Shown: in pieces, positions 42,903 through 54,896 of the stretch
Position numbering within the stretch: position 1 is the stretch's first letter
Layout of the letters: each line of letters opens with the position of its first letter
Assembly (NCBI GenBank): GCA_964291395.2
Contig: OZ219857.1
Span: 27,143 to 91,142 of the forward strand
Reading direction: 5' to 3'
Origin: Alphaproteobacteria bacterium
GTDB taxonomy: Bacteria; Pseudomonadota; Alphaproteobacteria; UBA2966
Length of the DNA stretch: 64,000 nt
The notes under the pieces: model-generated
Databases searched by the model: none
What the model was told of the DNA's origin: nothing
The model's input: only the letters and a program-made list of their open reading frames with translations
Position numbers and translations under genes: made by a program

Positions 42903-43213
42903 TCATCGGACGCATCCTGGGTTGGCTCATCATCGCTGTCGCGCTCATGGTGGCGGGAGCCGAGATCCTCGCCTCGCTCGAGGCCGGCGCCTATCAGGGG
43001 CTGGCCATCGGTTATCTCTGGTTCAAGATCGACGCGGCCAGTCTCAATCTCTCCCAAGCCGTGATTCAGCGCTACCTCCACCCGTTCCTCTGGGACCCCA
43101 TGATCGTGACGGTCCTCCAGTGGCCGGCCTGGATCATCTTCGGCGTCCTCGGACCGGTGCTTACCTTCCTCTTCCGCAAACGCAGCCGCCGAGCTCCGAC
43201 CGAGTCCCTCTAG
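42899..43213 (+). CDS. Small integral membrane protein (hypothetical)
   Basis: The ATG overlaps the epimerase stop (ATGA). 104 aa with hydrophobic spans 'IIGRILGWLIIAVALMVAGA' and 'WPAWIIFGVLGPVLTFLF', then a basic tail. Confidence 0.6.
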   Translation: MIIGRILGWLIIAVALMVAGAEILASLEAGAYQGLAIGYLWFKIDAASLNLSQAVIQRYLHPFLWDPMIVTVLQWPAWIIFGVLGPVLTFLFRKRSRRAPTESL

Positions 43214-43214
43214 G

Positions 43215-43748
43215 CTACTCGCCCCCGGCGTATCCCGGGTATTCCACGGCATCCACGTCCAGCCCCAGGGCCCGCACCTCCTCAACGACCCGCGACGACC
43301 ACTGGATCGTGGCGCCACGGTGGGCGCCTTGGACAGCGATCAGATAGGCCTGGGAATCCGAGACATTGGTGACGCCGTGCATGATGTTGGGCGGCACCGC
43401 GATCATGTCGAAGGGTTCGAGCTCGATTTCCCGATCCCCCGCCTCACCGAAGTTGACGCTCCAGCGCCCGGTCAAAACGACGAACGCCTCATCCGAGTCA
43501 TGGGCATGCGCACCGATGCCACAGCCCGCCTCGCACGAGACGAAGTTGATATTGAACGCCTCGACCTCGCCCACTCGCTTGTCCGACCAGCTCTGCTCCG
43601 CAGACCGTCCCGTCACCGGATACCGTTTTCGCTCAAACTGCGGCAACGCCATGTCGAGGAGCCGGACCGGAGAAACCCGATTGGGCAGATCCTTGTACCG
43701 GATCACGTACTTTTCGATCTCTTCACGTGGCAATTCGGCAGAGGTCAT
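43215..43748 (-). CDS. Cupin-domain protein
   Basis: ATG at 43748 ([10 protein letters not shown]…). Cupin motifs '[18 protein letters not shown]' and '[10 protein letters not shown]'. 177 aa. Confidence 0.7.
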   Translation of the reverse strand: MTSAELPREEIEKYVIRYKDLPNRVSPVRLLDMALPQFERKRYPVTGRSAEQSWSDKRVGEVEAFNINFVSCEAGCGIGAHAHDSDEAFVVLTGRWSVNFGEAGDREIELEPFDMIAVPPNIMHGVTNVSDSQAYLIAVQGAHRGATIQWSSRVVEEVRALGLDVDAVEYPGYAGGE

Positions 43749-43833
43749 TCCATCCCTTCCCGTTCGAACGTTTCCGCCACGGCACCGCGCATGCGCCTTG
43801 GCACCTGGAGTCGCCGATGATACAAGCGCGCCG

Positions 43834-45636
43834 ATGACCGATCCCGCGCATATCCGCAATTTTGCCATCATCGCACATATCGATCACGGCAAGTCCACCC
43901 TGGCGGATCGCATGATACAGCACTGCGGCGGACTTACGGATCGGGAGATGCGCGAACAGGTGCTCGATTCGATGGACATCGAGCGCGAACGCGGCATCAC
44001 CATCAAGGCGCAGACGGTTCGTCTCACCTACGCCGCCAAGGACGGCCAACGGTACCAGCTCAATCTCATGGACACGCCCGGCCACGTGGATTTCACATAC
44101 GAGGTCAGCCGAAGCCTCGCGGCCTGCGAAGGATCCATCCTTCTCGTCGATTCCAGCCAAGGGGTTGAAGCGCAGACCCTGGCCAACGTCTATCAGGCCC
44201 TCGACGCAGACCACGAGATCGTCATCGCGCTGAACAAGACCGATCTGCCGGCGGCGGAGCCGGCACGCGTCGCCCAACAGATCGAGGACGTCATCGGGCT
44301 CGACTCCTCGGATGCCCTGCTGGTGTCGGGCAAGACCGGTGACGGCGTCGCGGAGTTGCTCGAAACCATCGTAGAGCAGTCGCCGCCGCCGGAAGGTGAC
44401 GCGGACGCCCCCCTCAAGGCCCTGCTCGTCGACTCCTGGTACGATTCGTATCTCGGGGTCGTCATCCTGGTGCGGATCAACGACGGATCCCTCACCAAGG
44501 GCCAGCGCGTGCGGATGATGGCCACGGGCACCGAGCACACGGTGGAGCAGGTCGGAGTGTTCACACCCAAACGCACGGAGGTCGGCCAGCTGGGACCTGG
44601 AGAGATCGGATTCATCACCGCGGGTATCAAGGAGGTCGCCGACACGCACGTCGGCGATACCATCACCGACATCAGGCGCCCGACGTCGCAGCCCCTGCCC
44701 GGATTCAAGCCGAGCATGCCGGTCGTGTTTTCCGGCCTCTTTCCGGTCGATACGGCCGACTACGAACGCCTTCGGGAAAGTCTCGCGAAGCTCCGCCTGA
44801 ACGACGCGAGCTTCGCGTTCGAGCCCGAGACGTCGGCGGCACTGGGATTCGGTTTCCGCTGCGGATTCCTGGGCTTGCTACACCTGGAGATCATCCAGGA
44901 ACGGCTCGAACGTGAATTCGGCCTGGAACTCATCACGACGGCACCGTCGGTGGTCTATAACGTCCACCTGACCGACGGCGGAACGCTCGAGCTCCACAAC
45001 CCCGCCGATCTGCCCGACCCGGTTCATATCGACCGAATCGAGGAACCCTGGATCAGCGCCACGATCATGGTGCCGGACGAGTACCTTGGCGGCGTGCTCA
45101 AGCTTTGCGAGGACCGGCGGGGCGAACAAACGGATCTGACCTATTCGGGGACGCGCGCGGTCGTCGTCTACCGATTGCCCCTGAACGAGGTCGTGTTCGA
45201 CTTCTATGACCGGCTCAAGTCGGTCAGCCGTGGGTACGCGAGTTTCGACTATCAGATCGCCGGCCGTCTCGAAGGAGACCTGGTCAAGATGTCCGTCCTG
45301 GTCAACGGAGAGCCGGTCGACGCGCTCTCCATCATCGCGCACCGATCCAACGTCGAATCTCGCGGCCGGACGATGTGCGAAAAGCTCAAGGAACTCATTC
45401 CGCGCCAGCTCTTCAAGGTCCCCATCCAGGCAGCCATCGGCGGCAAGGTGATCGCTCGGGAGACGATCTCGGCCCTCCGCAAGGACGTCTTGTCGAAGTG
45501 CTATGGCGGCGACGTCACCCGGAAGCGCAAGCTCCTGGAAAAGCAGAAGGCCGGCAAGAAACGCATGCGCCAGTTCGGACAGGTCGAGATTCCTCAGGAA
45601 GCCTTCATCGAGGTCCTGCGTACCGACGCCGGTTAG
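43834..45636 (+). CDS. lepA: Translation elongation factor 4
   Basis: ATG at 43834. '[20 protein letters not shown]' (G1), 'DTPGHVDF' (G3), 'LNKTDL' (G4), and the LepA C-terminal domain '…[18 protein letters not shown]…[15 protein letters not shown]'. 600 aa. Confidence 0.95.
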   Translation: MTDPAHIRNFAIIAHIDHGKSTLADRMIQHCGGLTDREMREQVLDSMDIERERGITIKAQTVRLTYAAKDGQRYQLNLMDTPGHVDFTYEVSRSLAACEGSILLVDSSQGVEAQTLANVYQALDADHEIVIALNKTDLPAAEPARVAQQIEDVIGLDSSDALLVSGKTGDGVAELLETIVEQSPPPEGDADAPLKALLVDSWYDSYLGVVILVRINDGSLTKGQRVRMMATGTEHTVEQVGVFTPKRTEVGQLGPGEIGFITAGIKEVADTHVGDTITDIRRPTSQPLPGFKPSMPVVFSGLFPVDTADYERLRESLAKLRLNDASFAFEPETSAALGFGFRCGFLGLLHLEIIQERLEREFGLELITTAPSVVYNVHLTDGGTLELHNPADLPDPVHIDRIEEPWISATIMVPDEYLGGVLKLCEDRRGEQTDLTYSGTRAVVVYRLPLNEVVFDFYDRLKSVSRGYASFDYQIAGRLEGDLVKMSVLVNGEPVDALSIIAHRSNVESRGRTMCEKLKELIPRQLFKVPIQAAIGGKVIARETISALRKDVLSKCYGGDVTRKRKLLEKQKAGKKRMRQFGQVEIPQEAFIEVLRTDAG

Positions 45637-45695
45637 TCTCCAACTCCCCCAGCCGTTGAAGCTTCAACCTCGGTACAGACGCGGCCAAGCCCCGC

Positions 45696-46169
45696 TCAAG
45701 CGTCGGGGAGCAACCGCTCGAGCGTGAAGCGCAGGTCCTCCCGGCCCGGGATCTTGCAGACGGCGCTCGCCCTCGCCAGGGCGGTATCTCCCGTGCTCAG
45801 GATGCAAGACCCGAAGGCGAGATTGCGTGTGATGCGGATGACTTCGGTCTCTCCTTCCACCCAATCCCCGACACGGCCGGGCGCGACGAAGTCCACGGAA
45901 AGATTGACGGTGGGCAGGAATGCCTGGATGTCGGATTGCACCACCATCGCGACCGCAATCTGCAGGTCGGCGAGGGTCGCCAGCATGCCCCCGTGGCAGA
46001 TTCCGGCGGCGTTGCAGTGACGGTCCTCCAGACGGATCCCGATTCGAAGCTTGCCTTCACTGAATCTCGCCAGAAGCGGACCGTTGATGTCCACGAAACG
46101 ACCCGGCAAATGAAGCCGGGTAAACCCCTCGGGCCTCCCCGAATTTGCCGTATCCGCCCCTGACGTCAC
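45696..46169 (-). CDS. PaaI/hotdog-fold thioesterase family protein
   Basis: 157 aa with 'NAAGICHGGMLATLADL', typical of PaaI-type thioesterases. Lies 8 nt downstream of pheT. Confidence 0.75.
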   Translation of the reverse strand: MTSGADTANSGRPEGFTRLHLPGRFVDINGPLLARFSEGKLRIGIRLEDRHCNAAGICHGGMLATLADLQIAVAMVVQSDIQAFLPTVNLSVDFVAPGRVGDWVEGETEVIRITRNLAFGSCILSTGDTALARASAVCKIPGREDLRFTLERLLPDA

Positions 46170-46177
46170 GATCCCGA

Positions 46178-48583
46178 TCAGCTCCGCAACTGGCCGCCGG
46201 TCGCCTTCTCGACGGCGGCGACGACCTTGGCGGAAACGGAATCGATTTCGGCTTCGGTCAAGGTCCGTTCCGTCGGCTGCAAGCGGACGCCGATCGCCAG
46301 GGATTTTTGCCCGTCCTCGAGGGAGTCACCTTCGAACACGTCGAAGACGGAGACATCGACGATCAAATCCTTGTCGGCCGAGGCGGCCGCCCGGACGAGA
46401 TCGTCCGCCGGAACGTCCGAACCGACAAGAAAGGCGAAGTCGCGATCGACGGCAGGCAGATCGGAAACGTCCAGCCTCGGCCGCGTGTGCCCCTTCTTTC
46501 CCTTCGCCTGGGGCACGGCATCAAGGAACACCTCGAACACCACCAGGGGACTTTCGATGTCGAGATCGTCGAGCATCCCGGGATGCACTTCGCCGAAACA
46601 GGCGAGCACGGTCTTGGGGCCCAAATTGAACGACCCGGAACGACCCGGGTGATACCAACCCGGCGCGCCGGCCATTGTCTGCACGGCGGCCATCGGCGCG
46701 CCAACGGCCTGGAGCACCGCCAAGGCGTCGGCCTTCGCGTCGTAGACATCGACGTCCCGGCCTTCACCCGACCAATGGCGCGCGGAGTTCGGACCGCGCC
46801 GCAGTCCCGCGGCCACCAGATGTTGGGCATCGGGCGTCACGCCGGCGTAAGCGGCGCCGACCTCGAACAACGCGATCCGACTCTCGCCACGATCGATATT
46901 CCGTTTGCACGCAGCCAACAGATTCGTCAGGAGACTGGGGCGCATCACGTCGAGATCGCTGGTGATGGGGTTGGCCAGATTGAGATCGGGCGCGGGATCG
47001 CCGAAATGTTTGGCCAGACGGGACGATGTGAACGACCACGTGACGACCTCCATCAGGCCCCTGCCCGCGAGGATGCGTTTCGCATCCCGCTCCCGCCGCT
47101 GGGCGGTGGTCAGCACCGTCCGTGCGACGGGGGAGGGATTGGTCATGGGCACAGACGGAATCGCGTCGAAACCGTAGATGCGCGTCACTTCCTCGACGAG
47201 GTCGGCCTCGCCGTGAACATCCGATCGCCATGGCGGAACGGCGGCCTTCATCTCGCCGTCGACGAGCTCCACGCCGAATCCCAGGGATTCGAGAATCCTC
47301 CGAATCTCTGTTCGCGGCACGTCGATGCCGCCCAAATGGTGCACGCGGCCCGGACGGAGCGTGATCTCGCGCCGCCAATCGGGCGGGCCGCCGGCAACGA
47401 CGATCTCGCTCGGATCACCGCCGCACAACTCCACGATCATCCGCGTGGCGACCTCCATGCCGTCGCGCACGAACTCGGGGTCTACCCCCCGTTCGAACCG
47501 GTAGCGAGCGTCCGAATCGATCGTGTAGCGGCGTCCCGTGGCCGCCGTCCGCACCGGATCGAAGAGCGCCGCCTCGATGAAAACGTTGACGGTCTCCTCC
47601 GTGCAGCCCGACGACTCGCCCCCGATGACGCCGCCGAGCGCCAGCGCTCCGTCGTCGTCGGCGATGACCGTAACTTCCGGGTCGAGCGTGTATGACTTGT
47701 CGTTGAGCGCCGCCACCGTTTCCCCGTTTTCGGCGAGCCGCACGTGAATTCCCCCTGACAGCGTATCCGCATCGAACACATGAAGCGGACGGGCCAGGTC
47801 AAACGTGATGAAGTTGGTCATGTCGACAAGCGCCGAGATCGGCCGGAGGCCAATCGCTTTCAATCTGTCCTGCAGCCATCGGGGGCTGGGACCGTTCTTC
47901 ACGCCCCGGATGTAGCGGCCGACGAACATCGGACAGGCATCCCGCGTCTCGGGGTCGAAGCGGAGCTCGACACCGACCGGACTCTCGAATCCGCCGGGAA
48001 CAGGCTCGGTCCGAAGCGGCTTCAGATTCCCCAGACCCGCCGCCGCGAGGTCACGCGCGACACCATGCACGCCCAGACAATCCTGGCGATTGGGCGTGAT
48101 GGCGATCTCGATCATGGGATCGTCGAGCCCCATCACGCGGGCGACAGGTTCTCCGACCGGCGCATCTTCGGGAAGTTCGATGATCCCCTCGTGCTCGTCG
48201 GAAAACCCCATCTCCCGCTCCGAACACAACATGCCCCGGCTCTCGACACCTCGGATCCTGGCTGCCTTGAGCTTCATGCCGTTTCCGGGAATGGTTGTCC
48301 CCACGGGGGCGTACACACCCTTCATGCCGGTGTGCGCATTGGGCGCCCCGCAGACCACATCGAGGGTCTCCGTTCCCGTGTCGACGGTGCAGACCTGAAG
48401 CCGGTCCGCATTGGGGTGCGGGCGCGCCTCGACAACGTACGCCACCGTGAATGGGTCGAGACCCGCAGCCTTGTCCACGACCTCTTCGACCTCGAGACCG
48501 ATGGCCGTCAACGTGTCGACGATCTGTTCGACCGAGGCATCCGACTCGAGGTGATCCTTGAGCCAGGCGAGGGTGAACTTCAT
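46178..48583 (-). CDS. pheT: Phenylalanine--tRNA ligase beta subunit
   Basis: ATG at 48583 ([17 protein letters not shown]…) overlaps the pheS stop. It has the tRNA-binding, B3/4, B5 and FDX-ACB domain order. 801 aa. Confidence 0.93.
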   Translation of the reverse strand: MKFTLAWLKDHLESDASVEQIVDTLTAIGLEVEEVVDKAAGLDPFTVAYVVEARPHPNADRLQVCTVDTGTETLDVVCGAPNAHTGMKGVYAPVGTTIPGNGMKLKAARIRGVESRGMLCSEREMGFSDEHEGIIELPEDAPVGEPVARVMGLDDPMIEIAITPNRQDCLGVHGVARDLAAAGLGNLKPLRTEPVPGGFESPVGVELRFDPETRDACPMFVGRYIRGVKNGPSPRWLQDRLKAIGLRPISALVDMTNFITFDLARPLHVFDADTLSGGIHVRLAENGETVAALNDKSYTLDPEVTVIADDDGALALGGVIGGESSGCTEETVNVFIEAALFDPVRTAATGRRYTIDSDARYRFERGVDPEFVRDGMEVATRMIVELCGGDPSEIVVAGGPPDWRREITLRPGRVHHLGGIDVPRTEIRRILESLGFGVELVDGEMKAAVPPWRSDVHGEADLVEEVTRIYGFDAIPSVPMTNPSPVARTVLTTAQRRERDAKRILAGRGLMEVVTWSFTSSRLAKHFGDPAPDLNLANPITSDLDVMRPSLLTNLLAACKRNIDRGESRIALFEVGAAYAGVTPDAQHLVAAGLRRGPNSARHWSGEGRDVDVYDAKADALAVLQAVGAPMAAVQTMAGAPGWYHPGRSGSFNLGPKTVLACFGEVHPGMLDDLDIESPLVVFEVFLDAVPQAKGKKGHTRPRLDVSDLPAVDRDFAFLVGSDVPADDLVRAAASADKDLIVDVSVFDVFEGDSLEDGQKSLAIGVRLQPTERTLTEAEIDSVSAKVVAAVEKATGGQLRS

Positions 48584-49656
48584 CGCGCGAGCCCTCCCGC
48601 AAGGGTGGGCACGTCGAACGGAGCGAATCCGTAGTGCCTCAGCCACCGGAGATCGGACTCGAAGAACGCGCGCAGATCCGGGATGCCGTATTTCAGCATG
48701 GCGATGCGGTCGATTCCCATGCCAAACGCGAAGCCCTGCCATTCGTTCGGGTCGAGGCCCACATTCTCCAGGACGTTGGGATGGACCATCCCGCAGCCCA
48801 GGATTTCGAGCCAGTCGCCGCCCTCGCCAATCTTCAGCTCCCTTCCTTTACGGGAGCAGCCGATGTCGACCTCCGCCGAGGGCTCCGTGAAGGGGAAATG
48901 ACTGGGGCGAAACCGCATGCGCAGGTTGTCGTCCTCGAACATGACGCGGGCAAACTCTTCGAGGCAGCCTTTGAGATGCCCCATGTGAATGTCGTGGCCG
49001 ATGGCGAGCCCCTCCACCTGGTGGAACATGGGCGTGTGCGTCATGTCGGAATCGCAGCGGAACGTCCGTCCCGGCGCGATGATGCGATAGGGCGGCGGGC
49101 TCGACCGCATGTGGCGGATCTGCACGGGAGACGTATGCGTCCGCAAGACGAGGGGAGCGCCATCCCGCTCCGCCTCGAGATAAAACGTGTCGTGCATCTG
49201 CCGCGCGGGATGTTCGGGCGGGATATTGAGCGCGGTAAAGTTGTGGAAATCGTCCTCTATGTCGGGACCCTCCGCGACGGCGAATCCCATATCTGCGAAG
49301 ATGGCGACAATTTCGTCGACCACCTGGCTGACGGGATGAATGCGGCCGCACCCCTCGGCTCGGACCGGCAGCGTGACATCGACGCTCTCGGTCGCCAGCT
49401 GTTCGGTAAGGGCAAGGTTCCGCAACGCGGTCCGCCGATCCTCGATTGCCGCGACGGTCTCGTCCTTGAGTGCGTTGAGCGCGGTGCCCGCGGAACGACG
49501 CTCCTCGGGCTCCATCGCGCCGAGTCCCTTCATCAGGTGCGTGATCGTGCCCTTGCGGCCCAGGGCCCGCACGCGTACGGCTTCAAGATCATCCAAGCTG
49601 CCGGCCGCCTCGATATCCGTACGGAGTTCGACCGCAAGTTCGTCGATGTCCTGCAT
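48580..49656 (-). CDS. pheS: Phenylalanine--tRNA ligase alpha subunit
   Basis: ATG at 49656 ([18 protein letters not shown]…). Class II motifs '[18 protein letters not shown]' and '[18 protein letters not shown]'. 358 aa. Confidence 0.93.
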   Translation of the reverse strand: MQDIDELAVELRTDIEAAGSLDDLEAVRVRALGRKGTITHLMKGLGAMEPEERRSAGTALNALKDETVAAIEDRRTALRNLALTEQLATESVDVTLPVRAEGCGRIHPVSQVVDEIVAIFADMGFAVAEGPDIEDDFHNFTALNIPPEHPARQMHDTFYLEAERDGAPLVLRTHTSPVQIRHMRSSPPPYRIIAPGRTFRCDSDMTHTPMFHQVEGLAIGHDIHMGHLKGCLEEFARVMFEDDNLRMRFRPSHFPFTEPSAEVDIGCSRKGRELKIGEGGDWLEILGCGMVHPNVLENVGLDPNEWQGFAFGMGIDRIAMLKYGIPDLRAFFESDLRWLRHYGFAPFDVPTLAGGLAR

Positions 49657-49738
49657 GTTCTTGCTCACAAAAAAGGGGCCGATTTCGAGGCCCCTCCGCA
49701 GCCGTTCGATCAACCGCTCTTACGTCCGGGGCCCCGGT

Positions 49739-50104
49739 TCAGGCGGCCTTGGCGAGCGCGGTTTCCGCCCGCTCGACCAACGCCTTGAAGGCCTCAGGCT
49801 CACGCGCCGCGAGATCGGCAAGAATTTTCCGGTCCACCTCGACACCGGCGAGCTTGAGACCGTTCATAAATCGACCGTACGTCAAACCATGCATCCGGGC
49901 GGCTGCATTGATACGCTGAATCCACAATGCACGAAAGACGCGCTTGCGGTTGCGCCGGTCCCGATAGGCGTACTGCAACGCCTTTTCGACCCGTTCCAGG
50001 GCGACACGATACGAAGCGTGGCCACGGCCGCGATAGCCCTTGGCTTGCCTGAGTATCTTTTTGTGGCGGGCGTGCTTGGTAACGCCGCGCTTGACGCGAG
50101 CCAC
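49739..50104 (-). CDS. rplT: 50S ribosomal protein L20
   Basis: GTG start. '[25 protein letters not shown]'. 121 aa. Confidence 0.95.
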   Translation of the reverse strand: MARVKRGVTKHARHKKILRQAKGYRGRGHASYRVALERVEKALQYAYRDRRNRKRVFRALWIQRINAAARMHGLTYGRFMNGLKLAGVEVDRKILADLAAREPEAFKALVERAETALAKAA

Positions 50105-50115
50105 CGGCGGTCTCC

Positions 50116-50313
50116 TCAGGCGTAAGGAACGAATTTGCGCACGATCTTGGCGTCGGACTCGGACATGATCGTGGTACCCCGCTGGTTGCGTATCTGCTTA
50201 TTGGTGCGCTTGATCATGCCGTGCCGCTTGCCGGATTGATTCATGCGTACCTTGCCCTTGGCGGTCAGCCGAAACCGCTTCTTGGCGCCGCTCTTGGTCT
50301 TGAGCTTTGGCAA
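50116..50313 (-). CDS. rpmI: 50S ribosomal protein L35
   Basis: TTG start at 50313, preceded by GGAGAG. '(M)[21 protein letters not shown]…'. 65 aa. The listed 101-aa ORF is over-extended. Confidence 0.88.
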   Translation of the reverse strand: MPKLKTKSGAKKRFRLTAKGKVRMNQSGKRHGMIKRTNKQIRNQRGTTIMSESDAKIVRKFVPYA

Positions 50314-50706
50314 CCGCCCTCTCCACGAACCGTTCAGAATGGCGCACGGCGGCATGACCGGGATGCACCGGCGGCGCCGCGGCGTGGCTTTATAGCCACT
50401 GCCCCTCGCCAATGCAAGCAATCCATGTTTCTCCTGGCGATGACAAGCGGGATTATCCGGTTTTCATAGCACATCGATTGACCGCTTCCGCAGCCGCGGT
50501 GCGGACCGTCGCGCAGGCGGGAAAACTGGCTACACGGCTTGGCGAACCGGCCAAATCGAAAGCAGCGGCCAGCGACAGCATTGGGATCGTCGTCAACGTT
50601 CGACAGGCCGCAGCGAGAGGTTTCCATGCCCTCTTCACCCCAGTCCCGGAAACCAAAGCGGCCGGCTCCCGAAAGGCGGCCCGCCGCCGGAATTCCGATC
50701 GGCGGT

Positions 50707-51225
50707 CTACTTCGGCGCCACGACCATCGTCAGAAGCCGTCCCTCCATCTTGGGGAACTGCTCCACCTTGGCGATCTCGTCCAAATCCTCGCGAACGCGT
50801 TCCAGCACATTCAACCCACGGTCCTGGTGGACCATTTCGCGGCCCCGAAAGCGCAAGGTCACCTTGACCTTGTCGCCTTCATTGATGAAGCGTTGGATCG
50901 AGCGCATCTTGACGTCGTAGTCATGGGACTCAATCCCCGGCCGCATCTTTATCTCTTTGACCTCGATGGTTTTCTGCTTCTTCCGCGCTACGTTCGCCTT
51001 CTTCTGCGCTTCGTATTTATACTTGCCGTAATCGAGGATTTTGCAAACAGGCGGTGCGGCGTTCGGAGAAAGCTCAACCAAATCGAGCTCTGCCTGTTCC
51101 GCCAGTTCAAACGCCTTTTCGACGTTCAGCACTCCAAGATTTTCACCGTTTTGATCGATGAGTCGCACCTCGGCGACATCGATCATATCGTTGACACGCG
51201 GCCCTTCGCGGGTCGGGGGTGCCAT
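50707..51225 (-). CDS. infC: Translation initiation factor IF-3
   Basis: '[17 protein letters not shown]…[12 protein letters not shown]…[19 protein letters not shown]…[12 protein letters not shown]'. 172 aa. Confidence 0.9.
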   Translation of the reverse strand: MAPPTREGPRVNDMIDVAEVRLIDQNGENLGVLNVEKAFELAEQAELDLVELSPNAAPPVCKILDYGKYKYEAQKKANVARKKQKTIEVKEIKMRPGIESHDYDVKMRSIQRFINEGDKVKVTLRFRGREMVHQDRGLNVLERVREDLDEIAKVEQFPKMEGRLLTMVVAPK

Positions 51226-51360
51226 TATGGGTCTTCTTACGATCTAAGGGCCTCCAACATTCCCCACCGTACCGCCGGTCTGGCGTCCTCCCCGTCTTCG
51301 GCGGCCGAAAGTGGCAATTTCACACACAGGGTCATACACAGCCGCTGCTCCAGTGCCAAT

Positions 51361-53280
51361 TCAGGCCCCCGGGGCGCGTGCTTCTTCGCTAAGTCTAACT
51401 ACCGCCTCGTCCAGCGCAAGACTTTGTTGCTCGCGTGATCCAAGGCGCCGAATGGACACACTGCCGTCCTCGGCTTCCCGTTTGCCCACGGCGACGATCA
51501 CCGGAACTTTGGCGTGGCTGTGCAGGCGCACCTTGTAGTTGATCTTTTCTGCCGAGGTATCGAGCGTGACGCGCAATCCCGCAGACTCCAGTCTCTCCGC
51601 CACCTTGCCGGCGAATTCGTCGCCGTCCCGGGTGATCGTCGTCACGGCCACCTGGACGGGGGCCAGCCACAAGGGAAATCCACCCGCGTACTGTTCGACG
51701 AGGATGCCGATGAAACGCTCGAAGGACCCGAGTATGGCGCGATGCAGCATGACCGGCCGGTAGCGGACGCCATCCTCGCCCACGTATTCGGCATCCAGCC
51801 TCTCGGGCAGCACGAAATCGACTTGCAACGTGCCGCACTGCCATCGTCGGCCGATAGCGTCGGTGAGCTCAAAGTCGAGCTTCGGCCCATAGAACGCACC
51901 GTCACCCGGATTCAACGTGTACGCGATCCCGGCCTCTTCCACCGCGTCCCTGAGCGCTCCTTCCGCCTTGTCCCAGGTTTCGTCCGACCCCGCGCGGACC
52001 TCCGGCCGGTCCGAAAATCGCGCTTGCACTTCCTCGAAGCCGAAGTCCCGGTAAATTCCCATCAGCAGATCACAGAAGCGGCGGGTTTCCGAGTTGATCT
52101 GGTCGTCGGCACAGAAGATATGGGCGTCGTCCTGGACGAAACCGCGCACCCGCATCAGACCGTGAAGCGAACCGGAGGGCTCGTACCGATGGCACGACCC
52201 GAATTCCGCCATCCGCAGCGGAAGCTCCCGGTAGCTCTTGACTCCCTGATTGAAGATCTGAACGTGGCAGGGACAGTTCATCGGTTTGAGCGCAAAGATC
52301 CGCTCCTCGGATTCCGAGGTGTACATGTTCTCCCGGAACTTCTCCCAGTGGCCCGACGCCTCCCACAGCGCGCGGTCGACGAGTTGGGGTGTCTTGACCT
52401 CGACATACCCTGCGTCCTCGAGCCTGCGGCGCATGTAGGCTTCCACGGTGCGATACAGTGTCCAGCCTTTGGGATGCCAGAACGCCATGCCGGCCGCCTC
52501 TTCCTGGAAATGGAACAGGTCCAATTCGCGTCCCAACCGGCGGTGGTCCCGGCGTTCCGCTTCCTCGAGCCGATGCAGGTAACCTTTGAGCTCCTTGTGG
52601 TTGCGCCACGCCGTCCCGTAGACGCGCTGCAGCATTTCGTTGCGCGCGTCGCCCCGCCAGTAGGCACCTGCGAGCTTCGTCAGCTTGAAAGCGTGGCCGA
52701 GCTTTCCGGTGGACGGCAGGTGAGGACCGCGGCAAAGATCGATGAAATCACCCTGCCGGTACAGCGTGATCGGCTCACCATCTGGAATCTCGGAGATGAT
52801 CTCGGCCTTGTAGTGCTCGCCCATCGACCTGAACAGTCCGACGGCCGCGTCGCGTTCCCATACCTCCCGCACCACTTTTTCGTCCCGGTCGACGATCTCA
52901 TGCATGCGGGCTTCCATGGCCTCAAGGTCTTCCGGCGTGAAGGGCTCCTCGCGGGAAAAGTCATAGTAAAAGCCGTCGGCGATCGCCGGCCCGATGGTGA
53001 CCTGAATCTCGGGATACAGCTCCTTCGCCGCCTCGGCCAGAACATGCGCCGCATCGTGGCGCAGCAGGTCGAGCACCAGCTCATCGTCATCCTTCAGCGT
53101 GACGACAGAAATCTCCACGTCCTCTTCCAACTCGCGGGAGAGATCCCACAGATCGCCATCCACCCGGACCGCCAGAGCCGCCTTGGCGAGGCCGGACCCG
53201 ATATCGGACGCTACCTCCGCGCCGTTCGGCGCCCCGTCGTATCGCCGGACTCGTCCATCTGGCATTGTCAGTGCAACCAT
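51361..53280 (-). CDS. thrS: Threonine--tRNA ligase
   Basis: 639 aa. TGS domain at the N-terminus, 'FIDLCRGPH', class II core '[15 protein letters not shown]', and a C-terminal anticodon-binding domain. Confidence 0.95.
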   Translation of the reverse strand: MVALTMPDGRVRRYDGAPNGAEVASDIGSGLAKAALAVRVDGDLWDLSRELEEDVEISVVTLKDDDELVLDLLRHDAAHVLAEAAKELYPEIQVTIGPAIADGFYYDFSREEPFTPEDLEAMEARMHEIVDRDEKVVREVWERDAAVGLFRSMGEHYKAEIISEIPDGEPITLYRQGDFIDLCRGPHLPSTGKLGHAFKLTKLAGAYWRGDARNEMLQRVYGTAWRNHKELKGYLHRLEEAERRDHRRLGRELDLFHFQEEAAGMAFWHPKGWTLYRTVEAYMRRRLEDAGYVEVKTPQLVDRALWEASGHWEKFRENMYTSESEERIFALKPMNCPCHVQIFNQGVKSYRELPLRMAEFGSCHRYEPSGSLHGLMRVRGFVQDDAHIFCADDQINSETRRFCDLLMGIYRDFGFEEVQARFSDRPEVRAGSDETWDKAEGALRDAVEEAGIAYTLNPGDGAFYGPKLDFELTDAIGRRWQCGTLQVDFVLPERLDAEYVGEDGVRYRPVMLHRAILGSFERFIGILVEQYAGGFPLWLAPVQVAVTTITRDGDEFAGKVAERLESAGLRVTLDTSAEKINYKVRLHSHAKVPVIVAVGKREAEDGSVSIRRLGSREQQSLALDEAVVRLSEEARAPGA

Positions 53281-53641
53281 CCCAACTCCTCACATTGACC
53301 GGCGCTCCGGCGCCGGCAAGCGAAACATATGTGCGACAGGTCCGCTGTCAAGGACACCGCAGCCGTCCGGCGGCAAGTCCGCCGTCGCGCCATATCTCAT
53401 CGACGGACAGATCTTCCGGTCGTTCACCTCGGATCAGGACGACCCGGACACCTTGGGGAGCACGCAGTGCGGGATCCAAGTCCCGGAAGAACTGCACGAC
53501 TGTCCGGCAGTTTGCGACATGGGCACGCCGACACACGGACGCGAACCGCGCCAACGACGCGCGTCCACCGAGATCGATCGCATCCTTGCGTCGACCGGCG
53601 ATCTCCGCGGTCACGTGTCATTCCGCGTCAGCCCCGATCAT

Positions 53642-54859
53642 TCATGCCGAGACCGACGGCTCGCTCGTGAGCGACTCGTACACCGCTAGGGTCCGCTCGC
53701 ACATGAGTTCGACGGTCAGGTTCTCCGCCACGTGGCGGCGCGCCCGCTCCGCGAGGGTGCGTCGCGTGTCCGCGTCGATGTCGAGAGCCCGACCGAGGGC
53801 CCGGGCCAGTGCCTCCGGCTTGCCCGGTGGCACCAGCCATCCCGTCTCACCCGGAACGATGGTCTCCCGGGAGGCGCCATGCTCGGTCGCGACCACCGGC
53901 CGGCCCATCGCCTGCGCTTCCGCCGTGACCCGGCCGAACGCTTCCGGCTTGGTCGACGCGGAGACCACCACGTCGGCCAGCATGTAAGCGGCCGGCATGT
54001 CACGACAGTGAGGGACGATCCGGACCACGCCCCCCAGTCCGAGGGAATTCGTCAGCTGCTCCAGCTCACTGCGGTAACGCGTTCGGCCTTGGTCGGAGCC
54101 GACGAGCACGCAGCACAGATCGCGGCGCTCCAGCCGAGCCAGCGCCTCGATCAGTACGGCGTGACCCTTCCATCGGGTCAACCTACCGGGCAGCATCACG
54201 ATGGGAACGCCGTCGGGCAGGCGCCAGGCGTTGACCAGCTGAATGACCCGCTCCGCGCTGATGTTCACGGGATCGAAGTTCTCCGTATTGATGCCCCGAG
54301 GGATGGTCACCAAGCGTTCGGGCTCAACGCGGTAGACGTCCCTGACGTGACCGGCGATGAAGTCCGAGATGGCGATCACGCGCCGGCCCCGCGTCATGAC
54401 GGAGTTGTACAGCCGCTTCAGACCAGTAGCGCCGTCATACGCGCCATGAAATGTCGTTACGAAGTGGGCGCCGGTCCTCCGCGCCGCGAAATCCGCACTC
54501 CACGCCGGCGCCCGCGAGCGGGAGTGCACGATGCCGATATCGTAGTCGCGGATGACCGCCGTCAATTCTCTGGCATTGCGATGCATGACCAGCGGGTTCT
54601 TCGAATAGAGCGGCAGTGTAACGTGGCGAACGCCCATCTTCTCCAGATCGTAGACAAGCGGACCGCCCGCCGAGGCGACGACCGACGCGCCGCCTGCCTG
54701 AGCCAGCGCCGTCGCGACGTCCACGGCGCCGCGCGCCACCCCGCCCGGCTCCAGTGCCGGCAAGATCTGCAGCACCCGAGGCGCGCGTTCGACGCTATCT
54801 CCGGACGCCGCTTCTGCAGGCGTAGAGCGCGTGGTAGAGTCGGTCGCCGCTTCCGTCAT
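53642..54859 (-). CDS. Glycosyltransferase family 4 (GT-B, group 1)
   Basis: 'RVLQILPALEPGGVARGAVDVA', with C-terminal 'EAFGRVTAEAQAMGRPVVATEHGASRETIVPGETG' (E-x7-E motif). The start was chosen at the ATG at 54859. In-frame Mets at 54898, 54913 and 54937 are possible but would overlap or abut the divergent hydrolase gene. Confidence 0.8.
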   Translation of the reverse strand: MTEAATDSTTRSTPAEAASGDSVERAPRVLQILPALEPGGVARGAVDVATALAQAGGASVVASAGGPLVYDLEKMGVRHVTLPLYSKNPLVMHRNARELTAVIRDYDIGIVHSRSRAPAWSADFAARRTGAHFVTTFHGAYDGATGLKRLYNSVMTRGRRVIAISDFIAGHVRDVYRVEPERLVTIPRGINTENFDPVNISAERVIQLVNAWRLPDGVPIVMLPGRLTRWKGHAVLIEALARLERRDLCCVLVGSDQGRTRYRSELEQLTNSLGLGGVVRIVPHCRDMPAAYMLADVVVSASTKPEAFGRVTAEAQAMGRPVVATEHGASRETIVPGETGWLVPPGKPEALARALGRALDIDADTRRTLAERARRHVAENLTVELMCERTLAVYESLTSEPSVSA

Positions 54860-54896
54860 TGGAGCGCCCCAACCCCTCGATCCCGTTGCGTTGGAC

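Noticed and set aside
45655-45668. 14-nt perfect palindrome GTTGAAGCTTCAAC between convergent lepA and the thioesterase gene, considered as a terminator.
   Set aside because: The stem is AT-rich and short with essentially no loop and no flanking U-tract. I cannot distinguish it from a chance palindrome.
51223-51246. Possible non-canonical (ATC/ATA) start for infC upstream of the ATG, by analogy with the AUU start used for IF3 autoregulation in E. coli.
   Set aside because: An in-frame TAG lies only 7 codons upstream. The ATG at 51225 gives '[12 protein letters not shown]…', which matches the N-terminus I recall for other alphaproteobacterial IF3 proteins. There is no need to invoke an unusual start.
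53348-53614. 88-aa minus-strand ORF in the 360-bp region upstream of thrS (…VCRRAHVANCRTVVQFFRDLDPALRAPQGVRVVLIRGERPEDLSVDEIW…).
   Set aside because: About one third of its codons end in A/T, against the strong G/C third-position bias of confident genes here. It has a GTG start without a Shine-Dalgarno sequence and no motif I recognise. It may be a decayed gene or part of a thrS leader, but I cannot support a CDS call.
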